DNA from: Magallana gigas | Taxonomy: Eukaryota | Length of the DNA stretch: 64,000 bases | Reading direction: 5' to 3' | Assembly: GCF_963853765.1 (NCBI RefSeq) | Contig: NC_088856.1 | Coordinates: 18,476,001-18,540,000, forward strand | Shown: piece after piece, positions 25,495-40,310 of the stretch | Numbering within the stretch: the stretch's first letter is position 1 | Layout of the letters: the number at the start of each line of letters is the position of its first letter | Position numbers and translations under genes: made by a program | The notes under the pieces: generated by a model | Seen by the model: only the letters and a program-made list of their open reading frames with translations | The model's database searches: none | What the model was told of the DNA's origin: nothing

Positions 25495-26566
25495 TTAGGA
25501 CTAGACTTTAGAATATGAAATATTTTAGTATTTGTCTATACATGCAGCTCTGAGTTGAACTTATGTGTGGATAGGAATGCATTGAATTCAGAGGAACCAT
25601 TTCATATGTGTACATGTACTTTACAAAAGTCTCTGTGTGAAGTTCAAGAGTTTAGACATTGAAGCAGATATCGTCAGCAATCATTTCCAATCTATTATTA
25701 GTAATAGATATTATATTTAAATCCATTCCTTGCCATATAAACAACTTGCTCTGTGCAAATAAAAATGTATCATCATATGTGATTACATATAGAGTACAAG
25801 AATTATGTCAAACGATATGGAAATTTTTTGCAATGGGCACTATGCATGTGCAAATGCTTAGCTGGTTTATTTATATCATGACAAGTGTGACAAGATCATA
25901 GGTCTAACATTCCATACTTGAATTCCCTCATTTGTCCTGTTCCTCTGTCTGTCCAGCTGTCTATGCCACTCTTTCACAAATTTCTTGTAGTTTCAGTCGA
26001 TAAGTTTTGCAGCTTATGTATGAAAATGAGTAGAATATCCCAGTATTGAAAATCACACAGAAAAATTGTATGTTGGAACATGACCTAAGCTGTAAATATA
26101 ACCACAGGGATAGACTTATTACTGCTATCAAATCGCTTCATCACACGATGTTTCTTGTGAAGAAATTATTCTTGCTATAGCTTGCTGTATATGGGAAAAT
26201 ATTCGCCCCCGTTTTTTTCGTCCCTTTTGCCCCTGTTGTCAGTGAGCGAATTGAAGACTTGGCAATTACCAATGTTTAAAGTTATCTCTTTAATATACAA
26301 GCTTGTCTGGGCAAATTTAAGATGGGGCAAAATCATTTGCAAGTGTAGAAGGGCGAAAATAACCCTGTATACAGTATCTATCATATATATTTTGCCAAAA
26401 AATGTCATACAATTTTATACTACATCACTATATGGGTATTTTTGTATATGTAGTTCTGTCATTTTGGTGTCAAAAGGCTTCAACATGCAAACATGGGGTA
26501 TGAATGTTGTTCCAGTTGTATCTGATAGTATAGCTAGATGTTGAGATGTATAGCCATTTGGCATCA

Positions 26567-26624
26567 TCGGATACCCACGGATGATCGCGTCTTTTGAAAG
26601 ACGCAATCACCCGTGGGTATCCGA
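26567..26624. repeat. 58-bp imperfect palindrome flanked by a 10-bp direct repeat
   Basis: tcggatacccacgg...ccgtgggtatccga with inner gcgtcttt/aaagacgc. agccatttgg occurs at 26552 and 26630. Confidence 0.8.
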
Positions 26625-29380
26625 CAATGAGCCATTTGGATACCTGTGATTGTCTGCAAAACTGTAGCACTGTGATAAATGATTTGTATCAAATTAATCC
26701 ATGATATTTACTAGCCACAGATCTATAGCTTTAGTGCAAGGCATTTTGATATGCTCTGTCTAAAAGCTTGAAAACCATGGCTACGGCATGACCAAAAAGG
26801 GCATCATTTGAACAATGTTGTAATAATATTATTTAATTTCTATATGTACAATTAAGTCATGATTTGAAAGTTCAATGTTTAATATGTTTTCAATGTTATT
26901 AAGTTTTATCTGTGTAAAGTGTATTTGCCAGTTTAATGGCAAGGGTTTGAAGCAGCCATGCATGTACATGTTAGAAGAACATGTACTACATGTATGTAAT
27001 TTACATGTGCAGGAAAGTTTGAGTTAATTGACACTTGATGAGGCACTGACTGCTTCATATGGTTAATTGCTCATGGTTAATTGCTTTATTACCAACATCA
27101 TGTACATTTAAATGCAAGCACAAACAATTAAAGCAATGAGAATCATGTACAAAAAATATATTTAGCAGCTGTTAAGTTTTATAGGAAATGAAATGTTGAA
27201 TTATGCAATCATATGATTACCAGCCTCATTCAGATAGATAAGGTTATTTTTAGTCTAAGTGTACAGAGTGTATTGATTTTTTTATAGAAAATTACAGGAA
27301 TTGGAAATGTGAGAAATTCTAAGTGTCTGTCTTGTAAAACCACATTTGTTTTAGTAGTAAATTCCATGGTATAATTTTTGTTGTAATCATGTTGAATTTC
27401 AGTATTACCAATTTAATTCATGCAACTGAAACAAATATTAATAATTAAGTTTTAGTGGTATAATTTTGTTTAAAATTGGTTGTAAAATAAACAAAGATGT
27501 CTGTTGACTACAAATTGCAAAAAGCATGGTCCCTATTGGATGCTTAGATACCTGGGGGATGGGCGGTTTATTTTTTTAGAACCTCAGAGATGATGGCCAT
27601 GCTGTTACAGATATATCACACACGTATGCAAACAGCAATACCTAGGTAATCAAGTTATAATGAGACAGAGAAACGAGACATGACAGGATACTAAATTCAG
27701 CAATTATGGAGTGTTGCCATTAAAGCTCTCTTATCATCACAACACATTGTCTTGGAATTAATTATCTTTAGAAACATTTCGTTTTCATGTATATTTATTG
27801 GAATACACACATGTAATACTCTACATTCCGCACACAACCTGGATATTTATTCATTATATTGATTTGTAAGCTCCAGAAATGTCTATGTTGCAGTAATTTA
27901 TCCATGGGGAGAGAAGCAGACGTAAACCCCTTAACTGGTAAAAATGTTATTTATGTAATTGATTACCCTATTTTTCTGCAAGATGTTCAATCTACGGTAC
28001 ATAAATATGAAAATAAACGATTATGTAGATTTTAATTGAAACTAAAAATTGAAAGATTATCATATAAAAACTGTTTCACTCCCCTTTTGTTGTATAGGAA
28101 TTTAGGGCAATAACACGGTGATAACTACAATTATATAATTATAATTATTGTATTTTATTTAGGCGTAGATCTATGAGGAGGTTGGTGTTATGTAGAGAAT
28201 AATTATCTGTTGTTTTATGTGAGGCTCGCTGCATCTGAGATATATAAATGTAGAACTCTGAATTGTATTAAAAGAATGTGTGAAATAAAAACACTGAATT
28301 TTATAAAGGTTTATTTATTTAACTTTCTTAATACATACATCATATTGTGATTTTTCCCCGTAGGAATTTCACGTAAAATCAATTGATTTATTAAACCTAA
28401 ACGATTGCGTTCTTACTTATTAATTTCTTGGCTATATCTAAATATTATTATTTAAAAGATGATTTTCGACAAACTTCAATGGACATTTATCTTAAGGTAG
28501 TCCTATACTCGGCACTAAATGGGCTCAATCATTAAAAGCTTAGCTTTAAATGATAAATATACATTCTAGCAATATATATACAAAAGAAAATATATATGTT
28601 TACATACTAGTTTGTTTGTTATCACCTCTCAGACGGGTGTAGCACCTTGCGAAAATTATTGACAATTATGAAATTTGCCAGACGTCCGTTTTTCCTAAAA
28701 ATAATTACCAATTTTGGGAAAATTAGAACTGAACATACAAAATAGAGTATAAATATTTATTTAAGCCATATCTCATCAATAATTTTGCGCAAATTTTTGT
28801 AAGTAAGTACGCTTTATGGACCTGATGTATCAAAATAGAATACAAAAAATGCAATGCTAGTATCGCGTTTGGTAATTTTTTTTACTATTTTATGGTCTCA
28901 AACTTAAATTCATGGTGTTTATTCTATAGATTGACATCTTAGAAAAAAGATTTGGTAAACTAAATTATATGTTGACGGATTACTTTTCACGCTATAAGCT
29001 CTAAACCAAGTAGACCCCGACGAAAAAATCCGTAAAAATCACATTTTGCTACAGTTTTCTGCCTAGATCTGTAAACAATGTTAGATATCATTTAAACATT
29101 AATTAATTGACGATTGATTAAATTCGAAATAGCTTCTGTCTCTATATCTAAACCGGTTTTAGTAAAAGAAAACGACAAATTCGGGGGGGGGGATCAAAAC
29201 AAAGAAGATATAAGCATACCTGAGATCCTGGTTAATCAGAAACTTCGTTTTTCATTTTACTTTAACAGAATCGAGTTTCTCAACATTAATCATTTCTATC
29301 TCTCATAGAATACATATATTACCGTTCTTATTGCTTATTATTGCCATTGTTTACAACAGCGATGTAGGGCAAAATCAATA

Positions 29381-31196
29381 CCGGTGTTGTATAGCAGTTT
29401 TTCCCCCATAGTAGCTTCCCCCCCCCCCGGAAAAGCTACTATATAGTAGCCTTTCCCCCCGGGGGGAAAAGCTACTATATAGTAACTTTTCCCCCATAGT
29501 AGGGTTTCTCCTGCACGTTTTTGGTTCAGATTTTATAAAAAATATTTATGGAAATCCAGTAAGGATTAAAATCAATGTTTCTACACTCCCATGTTGCATA
29601 CATGTATATCTGCATTAATCTGTACAGGTTAAGTTTCGTTTTGCCGATTTATTATCTTTATAGACGATGCTGAAAGTTGAACATGTGTGTAATGGAATTA
29701 CACATAGAACTTAATTTAGGTAATTTAATGAAAAAAGTTTTACGAGTTAAACACTTATATTCATAATTCTGTGTTCTGAAATTGTATTAAACGAGAATTA
29801 AACGAGAATGTTTTAAGAATTTCTTGATAAATCTATCAGACTGTTTGTCTGTTTGTGAAAATTTCATCCAGGCTAAACTTCTGTTTTAGAGAAATTTTGT
29901 TTCCGATGTTTCAGAGCTCGATTTTTAAAATTGGTTCTATGAGTGGTGACCCGAATCTCAAATTCTAGAGATGACCAATTAACCATATTTGCACAGTGAT
30001 AGTGGTATACCACTAGAAGATGACACCGAAAATTTAAGCCCCCATGCAGGGTAGGAGCCTTTGTTGTTTTCGAGCCCGATGTTTGAAATCCAATTATAAA
30101 GAATATGTATTTTTAGGGCCGCATATCTCAAAAACTATAGATGACTACATGAACATATTTTTACGGTCATTTAATAGTAAAATCATCAATTAAAAATACA
30201 CAACCACTCATATATTTTTTTATCAAAATGATTGAAAATTACTTTAATTCTGCTGCTTTTTTTTTTAATTAAATTTACAAACAAAATTATGCGTAACTTT
30301 AAAACGAAATGGTAAACACTAACTTCACATATGCTTTTAATACATAATTAAAATACCCCTTACCCATGATTTAAAACCCCATCAATCAAAGTAAAACTAA
30401 AACATTTCAGTTTCTCATCATATCATTGCATCCTGTCTCCCGTTTGATATTTAGCAGAGGAAATATATATTTGTTTTTAAGATCGTCAATTCTAACGGTA
30501 TGAATTTAAAATTGATAACCTTTTGGACGAAGGGAGTAATACATTTCCACTTTTTATTCCCTTCCTCTACAAAATTAAGTCAAGATTGGTCAGTTAGTTC
30601 CCTGGGAGAAGCTTAATTATACATTGATGGTAATACATTGGAAAATTAAATTTCCAAACCAGCGTATTTTCTTTCAAATGTGTTCTCGCGTGTTCATAAC
30701 GTCGAAGTCAAAACTGTGGATAAGCATCGATTAGATGCAAAAGATTCGAAGTATTCCGAAATCCGTGTAAAAGGTGTTCCAAAAAGGGGTGAGAACAGGT
30801 GAAATAAACGATGATGACACATGCATGTTATGAAGGCGCATGCCTTAGTTCATATTTGGGGTTGAGAAAAACCATGTATTTTATTCTATGTATTAATAAA
30901 TGCCATAATTATCCTTTTTTGTGAGAAATTAATATCATATCAGTTATTGCAAATTATTGCCACGAGTGGTCCGCAATAAACATGGCCGGAAAGTAAAAAT
31001 AGGGGAAAATCCACTATATAGTAGGTTTTCCGTGGGGGTAATCTGGCTAGAAAAAGGAGGAAAACCCACTATAAAGTCAGCTTTCCGTGGGGGAAAAACT
31101 GCTATATGGACATTTTTCCGGGGGGAAGAACTGCTATATAGCCATTTTTCCGGGGGGAAAGATGGCTAGGGGGAAAAGGCACTATATAACACCGGG
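29381..31196. mobile_element. 1.8-kb non-autonomous TIR element with subterminal repeats
   Basis: Ends are ccggtgttgtatag and ctatataacaccggg, TA-flanked, with reiterated ctactatatagtag and ttttccccc/gggggaaaa subterminal motifs. There is no long ORF. Confidence 0.75.
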
Positions 31197-32033
31197 TATC
31201 AAAAACGCTTTGTAAAAGTCGAACCAATATTGTAAAATCCGTATTTTGACGTAGTGCGATACTCGGACTACTTTAAGCCCATTAAATATCTCCGGATAAA
31301 GATAAATATGATTCTTCCGGGGGGGGGGGGATGTTCCGAATGTTACTTATGTTTCCAGGGGGTCCGATACCTATTTTAATTTTTATGTGATCATGAAATT
31401 ATGCTCATTTTAATTTTCAGGAGGGGTGAGTAACTGAACCTACCGATTCTTCTGACATTCTCTAGATCCGCATACGCCTTGAGTGAGTTAAAATAACTTT
31501 TAATAACTCGAAAATATATTAAAGAAGCGGTTTATAAGAAATCCCGACCAACTAATTTGAACATCTACATACTAATACACAGCAGTTTGCGCATACCAGA
31601 ATGGTTCTTTAATATAAACTTTCACTCCCACCCTTCTCGCCTCCATAGTAGAGCTGTAATGGAAGTAATTAAAATGGTATACCAAGTGGAGGAAAAATAT
31701 CACCAAGTCTAAGAGATATTTATAGTTCTCCATATAGCCACAGCAAATGCTTACGTAAAAATAAAATAAAGGCACTTGCGACCCAAACCTTCAAAGGCGT
31801 GATAGATAGTATCGGTATTAAGATTTTTTGCAATGTGTCAAATGAAGCGTGGCTTTGTTCCTTAGGATTCTGTCAAGTTTATTCAATCCACATCAGAACA
31901 ATTTATATTGTTCCATTCTCATTGTCCTAATTAAACCCCAAATTATTGGCACAGAGACGGTCATTTTGTCACGATGTTAAACCCCAGAGATTAAGAAATC
32001 GCGAAAAAAAAATATTTATATGTATCATAAGAT

Positions 32034-34874
32034 ATGATGGATCCTCTATATGAAAAAGTGAAATGGAGTTTTAGGTGGACAGTATTCTTCACGCTTATTT
32101 CAGGTAAACTTAGAACAAAGGACAAATTGTCAACAAATCAATGATATTGCCGAAATCTCTGATAATAGATACATACATGTATTATTATGCGTATAATTTA
32201 TCTTCACACGTTCACTTCTTTGATACGCAAAAAAAGTGTCGGTATTTCTGTTGACAATTACATGAAAAAAAAATTAAAAACGTGATTTTTTTTTTGGCGT
32301 AGTTAACAACACGTATCGATTCATGCATGAACTTGGCTGAGAAGTAGATTGTGTTTACTACTGTTAACGTTTAATCATAAATAATTGTAATTTTTATTCA
32401 AAATTGTCTAGTTTTGTAGTCATTTCTTGTGTGTTCTCGCCTCATGTATAAAATCTGGGTTACGTAACTTTACCCCTTTAGATTTTGCCAATTGTTTCAA
32501 TACTTCTTTGACACTCAGAACGGTAAAACTGACTTTGAACCATGCAATTTATAACAAAGCCACTGAATGATAAATACAAAGTACTACAGACAGATTTAAC
32601 AATGTTTACAAAACATTTACATCCTCTGCTTTTTAAAATACAAAATTTCAATCCAACATTAAAAGGTAAATTCGTATACAAGAAAGCCCTACGTCATGTC
32701 TCTCTTGAAGTACTAATTAGTCTCCCTGATTATTTTAGATTGCAGCTGCAAGTACTGCTACACATCATCTACAGGGGCCTACCTGTGCCAGTACACGTAT
32801 GGGGCGGGGTAAGTACTATAAGTCAAAACGTTTCACTATAATGATTGATTTTGAGTGCAGTACCTCTGAAGGAGATAGAACCATTTTAACAAGAGCTTGG
32901 GCTTTGGGTAGTTGTGTCAAACAGCAATGTGACGTAGGCCTGTCAATTTCATTGATAGTTCTTTAAAAAAATCATGTAATATTTCAAAGAAAATTAGGTC
33001 CTCTGTATAGGTTCCAACTGTAAATGTGAAATTCGCACAATTTAAGCTCTCATAAGTATTTTTCCTTTGAAATTTTCCTGTAAAATTGGTTTGAAGGAGC
33101 ATTTTAATCAAATATATATATATTGTTAGTCTATGTGAAATTGTTATTTTGAAATATAAGCATTATTTTTTTTCTCGAAAATTCAAGTAAGGAATTATCA
33201 AGTGAAAGCTACCTGAAACACCTTTTAGGCAAAATGTATATGAAATTTGTATGCAGACGTATAGCCCAACTGCAAATAAGTTAGGAATAAAGAGGTGCAA
33301 CTGCTACTCCATCATAAATCATAGTTGATCCTATTGATCTCGATACTTTATACAATATACATATACCCTGTAGATATTACTATATACATTATATTGTACA
33401 AGTAACTGTACATGTATTTTTAAACACAGTACAAATTAACTGTACACACTGATCATGCAACTTTATACATTGTACATACATGTAATTCAATGCACTGTAC
33501 ATGTAACTTTATAAACTGTACATGTAACTTTATACACTGTATATGTAACTTTATACACTGTACATGTAACTTTAAACACTGTACAAGTAACCGTACACTC
33601 CGAACATGTAACTTTACATACTATACATTCATCTAACTTTATACTTTGTATATGTAACTTTATACACTGTACATGTAACATATATTAAATTGACTTGCTT
33701 CCTGCAGACAGTCCGGTGAGATAGCAGGCATTGTGATAGGAGCAGTGATCGGTCTGGCCGTCCTCATCGGCATCATAGTATGCTGTGCCACCAAGTGTAA
33801 CAAGAAGAAGAAGCAGCCCCGAGCAGCACGTCCTACCCGAGTGCAGGTGACTGAGGCCAGCAGACGAGGTCAGTAATGTTTTTTTTTTCTTCTTGAATTC
33901 CCTCATTTTTTCTTTTGTGTTTAATTGTTTCATTTACAATTTTGACTTTTTGAGTCATTTCGAATTATTTCTTTGACAGAAAACATGATACTTAGTTTTC
34001 GAGCTATTATCAATGGGCTTAGCAAAATTAGCTTACTATAACTAATTTCAAAGGACTTCGTTTTAGCCGTAATGTATTGTACATGTAGTATACGTATAGA
34101 GCAAAATCATTAACGAAATCTCAAAACGAATTTGTTATAAAGCAAAAATTAATATCTTTAGTGATTAGTATAACTGCCTGTCACTTACAAAGAAAAACGG
34201 TTAAACCTTTCTTACGTTTCAAAATTACTTATAACAGTCGGACATTAGTTATACCTGTGTTCAATAATTTTCCATAGGTCAATATTAGAATTTTGTCGGG
34301 TCATCAATATTGAGGTGGCTGGGTGGTCCATATTAACCATCAGATCTTCCTTAAATTTGATGTCGTTAGCTATAAACTATTATTTAATGAAGAAAAAGTC
34401 CAAAAAGTTTACCTTTTAAGTTTGGGTATATATTTCCCTATATTTTTATATTATGGAGCTCTCCTTTCAAAGGAGATCAATAAAGTCTAAAGAATGGCCA
34501 CGACCATCGAGCTCACTTAAAATTAGTTTTAGCTCGAATTTTGCTACATACGGTCTCGTTATATTCAAATTTTGCTGTACCTTTGTTTTCATCCAGTTCT
34601 TCGAAATAAATATACATTGTGCCTTCTTGGTTAACATGTAAACATTACTCTTGCAGATCATATGCCGCCAGAGAGCATGCCGATGTACGGCATGTTTAAT
34701 ATGCCCCCACCCCCGCCGTCTATGCCGGATTTTGCCCCGCCGTCCTACGACTCCCACAACTTCAATCACCCACCCCCTACTGTCTCAGCGACTGTCTCTA
34801 CATCTGCCGGTCATAACCATGGCATCGGTTTCCATGACGTCGAGGACGACGACTTTTTACCGCCGGCTTACTAG
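32034..34874 (+). CDS. Uncharacterised single-pass membrane protein, paralog 1 (Cys/Tyr ectodomain, PPxY tail; CYYR1/Shisa-like architecture), ~168 aa
   Basis: Exons 32034-32103, 32739-32796, 33708-33868 and 34657-34874 (phases 1-2-1). Ectodomain CSCKYCYTSSTGAYLCQYT, TM IAGIVIGAVIGLAVLIGIIVCC, KKKK stop-transfer, and PPSY plus terminal PPAY*. The first exon is the least certain. Confidence 0.75.
33395..33678. repeat. 21-bp minisatellite (tgtaactttatacactgtaca)n
   Basis: About 9-13 degenerate copies ending ~30 bp before the acceptor at 33707. Confidence 0.85.
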
Positions 34875-37378
34875 ACGATAGCTTATTGGACATTCAGACA
34901 ACTACTGTGTTGATTTCATTTATCATAGACGCATTTAATACCTACGCCAATAGTCGTGTCCTCTTTTCAAGAGATCGCCCTATATTGCTGGTATGGGGCA
35001 TCTTGATATACCAAAATGGATGAAAGACTGTTAAAATAAAATTAAAGCCGCCGTTATGATATTTTCAGTTTGTGTAAATTTGAGTTATAATACTTTTGAA
35101 AAATTATGAGTGGGGTCAAAATTGTGAAAGCAACTTGAGTTTTCGGCAGCCGATACATTGACCTTTTGCAATAGCTTTTCTATATTTATTGTCCGCGGAA
35201 GGATTGATTTTTAAAATGAACATTTAAAAGACACACATATATTGTTAAAAAAAAAATGTACGTGTGTACTCTTCATCTTTTACCAAAAAAATATACTTGG
35301 AATTTAGAATTGCTTTGTTTTACCATATCTACGAAAGAGTAAGATTTTAATGTGCTTATTTTTTGCTACAATATAAAGAAAACACTAAAATAATGATGAT
35401 AAAACTCATAAATATACGAAAAAGTGGTTGAATTGGTTTTTCTGTTGATTTGTACTTGTTTTCCTGATATAAGGTTTTTTTTCACTTTTGGGTGGACGCT
35501 AAACATAGAAAAAAACTTGGAATGGCCTGACTCTTTGACATTGCTCTAGGATGTTGCACAGTTTGAATGTGCAAAACATCGTTATGTACAAGATTTTTGG
35601 AAGTTTTTCATAATTTGTAGGTGCCCCATGCTGTATCTATAACACTGTCAAGAAACCTCGTTCTCTTTCAATTGTTTCTTTTTACCGTTGATCCAATAAG
35701 TGTCCTCAAAAACCACTTGTTATATTTTATACCATTTTGTTCCGTTTTAATGAATTCATTTATATGTATGATTGTTTTGATTTACTTATTTACTTTTATT
35801 CATGATGCATGTATATGACATGGAGATCTTCGTCTTCGATGGATTTGACATCAATAAGATGTCGTGAATAAAGGCTACCAAAGACTGATGCAAGTCTCAA
35901 AAACAATTTTTTTCTGTACAGTTTAAAACCATGCAATGTCTCTCCTCGTGGGATTTAACCCCATATAAACATAGACATTATATTTTAATTGAATTCTTAA
36001 TTAGTTTTTGCGATACTTGTAAATAAAATCTAGATAAGAAAGAAGTCGTTAACGAACACTGTGAAGAGTTGTTCAATTTTAGTACAACAATAGAGAAAAA
36101 AAACCCACGAAAAGTTACCTGTTTTAGTAGAAGTAAATGTCAAGCATTAATTTATCTTAAATTATGGATATATTATACTTAACGTCAATTGTTAAAATAG
36201 AGCTAGCTTTATTTGAAAATACAAATGTAGCTTAGATATCAATTTTGCAAATAATTACATGATCTATAAAACAAAATTTTGAAACGTGGTTCTTTGTAGA
36301 AACCCTTGACCTCGATCCAGTTTGGTCTCTATCTTGACCTCCCCGTGTTTTTGTCCACGGATGAAATAAACTTGAAACTTCACCAAATTAAATTGACTTT
36401 AAGCTAATTGATCAGCAGTCATACCTGCTACTAATCAGCTGCCTTTGTCACGTAATCCCAATGAACTTCGAGTACCTTTATAACTCCGGTGTTAAAATGT
36501 TATAAACATAGCCAGGTTTCGAAAAGAGGACACAATTACCTATTTAAAGGATCTACATTCTTATTCAATGAAACGTAGAACTTTCTTATTTATAAAATTA
36601 ATTGAAAGACGGTAGGATTGATTGATAAAAAAGAGTTTATTCAGACACATGACGGAGGAGTTTTTAGATATAAAAATGGCGATCGACACTTTTAGACATC
36701 ACGCAATAAAGATAAAGAATATAGGTTTAAAGGAATAAATTTTTAAAAAACCATTTATTTTGCAGAATTTGAATTATACAGTCCATTTCCTAGTAATCAA
36801 TAAAGGCAACTTGAAGTTCATCAGACAATGTTCTATATTATAAATGATGCACTGGTCCATGGCACCCATGATTAATAAAATATCTTTAAAAAAGATAAAT
36901 TTTTAACTCAATATTATGTATAATGTTCTACATTTTAATTGCAATATGTATTTTAATAATCAAGAATATAAATTCAAATAATAGAATCTATATTAATTGA
37001 GACTACTTCGAGCGCTGAATTATTCTTTTTTTTTTTTTTGGGACCATTCAAACTCTGAAGTTTTCCACCGATATAAAACCTTTGATCCCTGCCTTTTTAT
37101 AGATTTCATTAATCGGGTTCGTGTTCTTTAGCCCTTGCGGTCTACATACATTTGTTTAAATCCAATATTTGGGTCAGTTAATTCTGACGTATCGAAAAAA
37201 ACAAGCCACCTATATATCAAATCGACGTCACAGCGAAACCGTGTATGAGGGATTTAAAAGTGAACAATAGACGCCGGTTTCGCAATGGTTTTCAATGCAT
37301 AGCAATGCTGGTATCGACAACACAACTCACCGAGTGACGGGGTGGATTCTGCGTGTCTGTCTGTCTGTAGCCGGAACG

Positions 37379-40240
37379 ATGGGTAACCTGGCGCGAGGCC
37401 TCGTCAGCATCTTTGTTGTACTTCTATCGGTAATCGTAGCCCTGGTTTTATTCTCAGGTAGGACTTTATTGCATTTTTTAATATACAAAATATATCGGAA
37501 ATGGTGCATTCCATGTACTGTATATATGCCTTCTATTTATTCATTCGTTCTTGAAAAATGCTGGTAGTTACGCACAAATGAAAATTAAAAGAAAGAAATC
37601 AGGTAGCCTATGGTGAACAGAAAGAAACACATAAGATAAAAGCAAAGCAAAGTCTTTCTCTATGAATAACTGTGATATCCTATTGATCGATTTATTTGCA
37701 TTAGGAGATCATATCCCAGTGTGCGTTTTCAGTGGATTATCCGACCAGGATTGTTCATTGAACTATCATGGAGTGAAATTTGAGTAACTGGTATCTATTC
37801 ATAAATATACCTTACTCTTTGTACAAGACAATTATTCACTTCAGTTATAATTGCTTAATTATTTTATTAACTCTTACACCTCACCTTTGATTTAATTGAC
37901 TCACTCATATTGAAGTTTTACTCAATGACATATGTCACTCGTGCTTAAGTGCTAATTTCTATTGTTTTCAATTCTTATTTATATTGTGTTATACACCATT
38001 ATGAGGGCAGAGGAATTAGGTTTCGGATTGTTCGGGTGTAGTTTTTGGATTCCCAGAAATCACCTATACCGACCTAAAGTTCAAATAAAGTGCTTTTTAC
38101 CATCTAAAGCATTTTAGTTTTATTGTCGCCGGATATATAGAAACACCTTAATTTCCCCGGTGATAGAACTGTAAACTTCACCTCGTAAGGTTGGAAATTT
38201 CTTCTGATTTCTTGATGCAAAAAACTGTAAACGACTGTTTTTAACAGTTTGGCCTTATATATAGCACATTTATATTATAAATATATCGGTATATACAATG
38301 TCAAATATTGCAGAAAATTGTTGAAATTGTTAAATCACTTAAATTTGTCCCTCGCGTGAACGTAATGACACGTGCAACCACGATAATTAATTAAATTAAC
38401 GTGATTTTAATGTGAACATCATGTGAATTTTTATACATTAAATCTTTGTGGTATTCTGTTGTATTCATATCTCTCAGTCATTTCATATTAATATTTGATT
38501 TTGCATAAATGAATTGCAGGTATAACAAATCCTTGAATTCTTAAACTAAAAAAAGGAAAGATATAATAGCCAAGAATGCAACATACAGCTGTACTCAGTA
38601 AAATAAATAGTTATCGGGGACAAAAATTCATATTATAAATGTTTTCAAAATCTTTTCTATGACCTACTGTCTTAAAAAATTAAGATAATGTTCGTAAAGA
38701 ACAATCTGTTACGTAAGATGCAATTTATTTACCAACAGGACATTTTTATCAATATCGTTAATGCCTTGCTAACAAAAGTATATTCTGATGTCTCGTATGC
38801 ATTTAAATTATTTTATAGTCAATAAATGAAATAAATATGATGTCAACACTCCTCTGATTATTGTCAGATACATGTAGTTTATAAGATTCAAGACTGTTTT
38901 GTTTTTGTCTATTATTTTTAATAGCATTTATACTTTGTTGAATACTAATTATTTTATACGTTTTCCAATTTTTTACTCATTTGTGGATATTTTATATCGA
39001 AAAAATGTAAATGTATGTCCAGTAGAAATAATTGTATTTTTAAAAATGTTGTTCCATGCATGCTTAAAAAGTTCTAAAATACTTTGCACCGACGGCAGCC
39101 AAGGAATACATTTTTCCGGATTCCTAATATTGTACATGAACCATAACTACCACATACTATTTCTGTCCCCCCCCCCCCTATCACTTCAAAATTTGTATAC
39201 AAGTTTTAATTCAAAGCTTTATTTACTGTTTTATAGACGAAATGTTACACTTCATGCGGTGTAAATTTTGCAATATTGTAATATAACCACTTTCTTCTTC
39301 TCTTTAGTATGTCCATTGTGCATTGTTATAAGCGATTTAATTCGTTGATTGCAACATTTCATATTCATTGATAAGTACATTGTTCAGCACAGGGCAGTAA
39401 GAATAACCTTGATCAGCTTGCGATCGGACTAAGCAAAATAAATTGCGCAAATCCCGCATGCAGTGTTGCCGTGTGTTGCGCAATGAAATAGTATTATATA
39501 ATTCTAGAATATACCCATCATTCTGAAACATTTCATTTAAACAATAAAATGCTTTCTTTGGTGATTCATGCAGGATATACAGAGAAAATATATAACCCGC
39601 GTTAGTGGGTTATTTAGCTTTTTTCTGCAATGATCGCTAAAACGAAATAACGAAAAACCAGAATCTCCCATTTCAAGCCTGGATAAAAGATGTGGAACTT
39701 TTTTTTTCCAAATCCAATAAAAAAAACCCATACCAATTACTGGTATAGAAACAAAAAGAGAAAAATAAAGGCTTAAAAATGGATGACAACTCTTATGAAC
39801 ATTGTTCATATCGTTTCAGCGGACAACGTTGACGCATACAGGAGAGGCGGATCCAGATATTACCGCTCCTACAGAACTTACTACTATTCCCGCTATTATT
39901 ACTATAGTTACTATGGCTACAGTTACGGCGGAAGTTCCAGGTATGTGATTTTTAAAATAGTTTAAACCGTATGCGATTTAATGATTTTCAAATATGTGAA
40001 GGTACCAGTAACTCTTAAAAAAAAATGAATTTTCAGTTCGAGTGGAGTTATTGCGGGGGCGGTGGTGGGCGGAATTGTGGCAGTCATTGTCATAGTCGTT
40101 GTGATACTTATCATAAGACAAAAGTACATGAGAAAATCATCTACCCCAAGCAAAAAACCACCAGCTGTGAAAGTCACACTCAACACACCCAGTTCAGGTA
40201 AATAGCATACTTCTTATTCTCTCTTTCTTTCTCTATTTCA

Positions 40241-40310
<70 letters not shown>

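Noticed and set aside
28494-29110. Possible TTAA-type element starting ttaaggtagtcctatactc
   Set aside because: No matching inverted end or TSD could be located, so boundaries are unsupported.
33487-33681. ORF with (VTCTVYK)n repeats
   Set aside because: It is a translation of the 21-bp intronic minisatellite, antisense to paralog 1.
39962-40186. Hydrophobic or Thr-rich minus ORFs here and at 33685-33933
   Set aside because: They are antisense shadows of the TM exons of paralogs 2 and 1.
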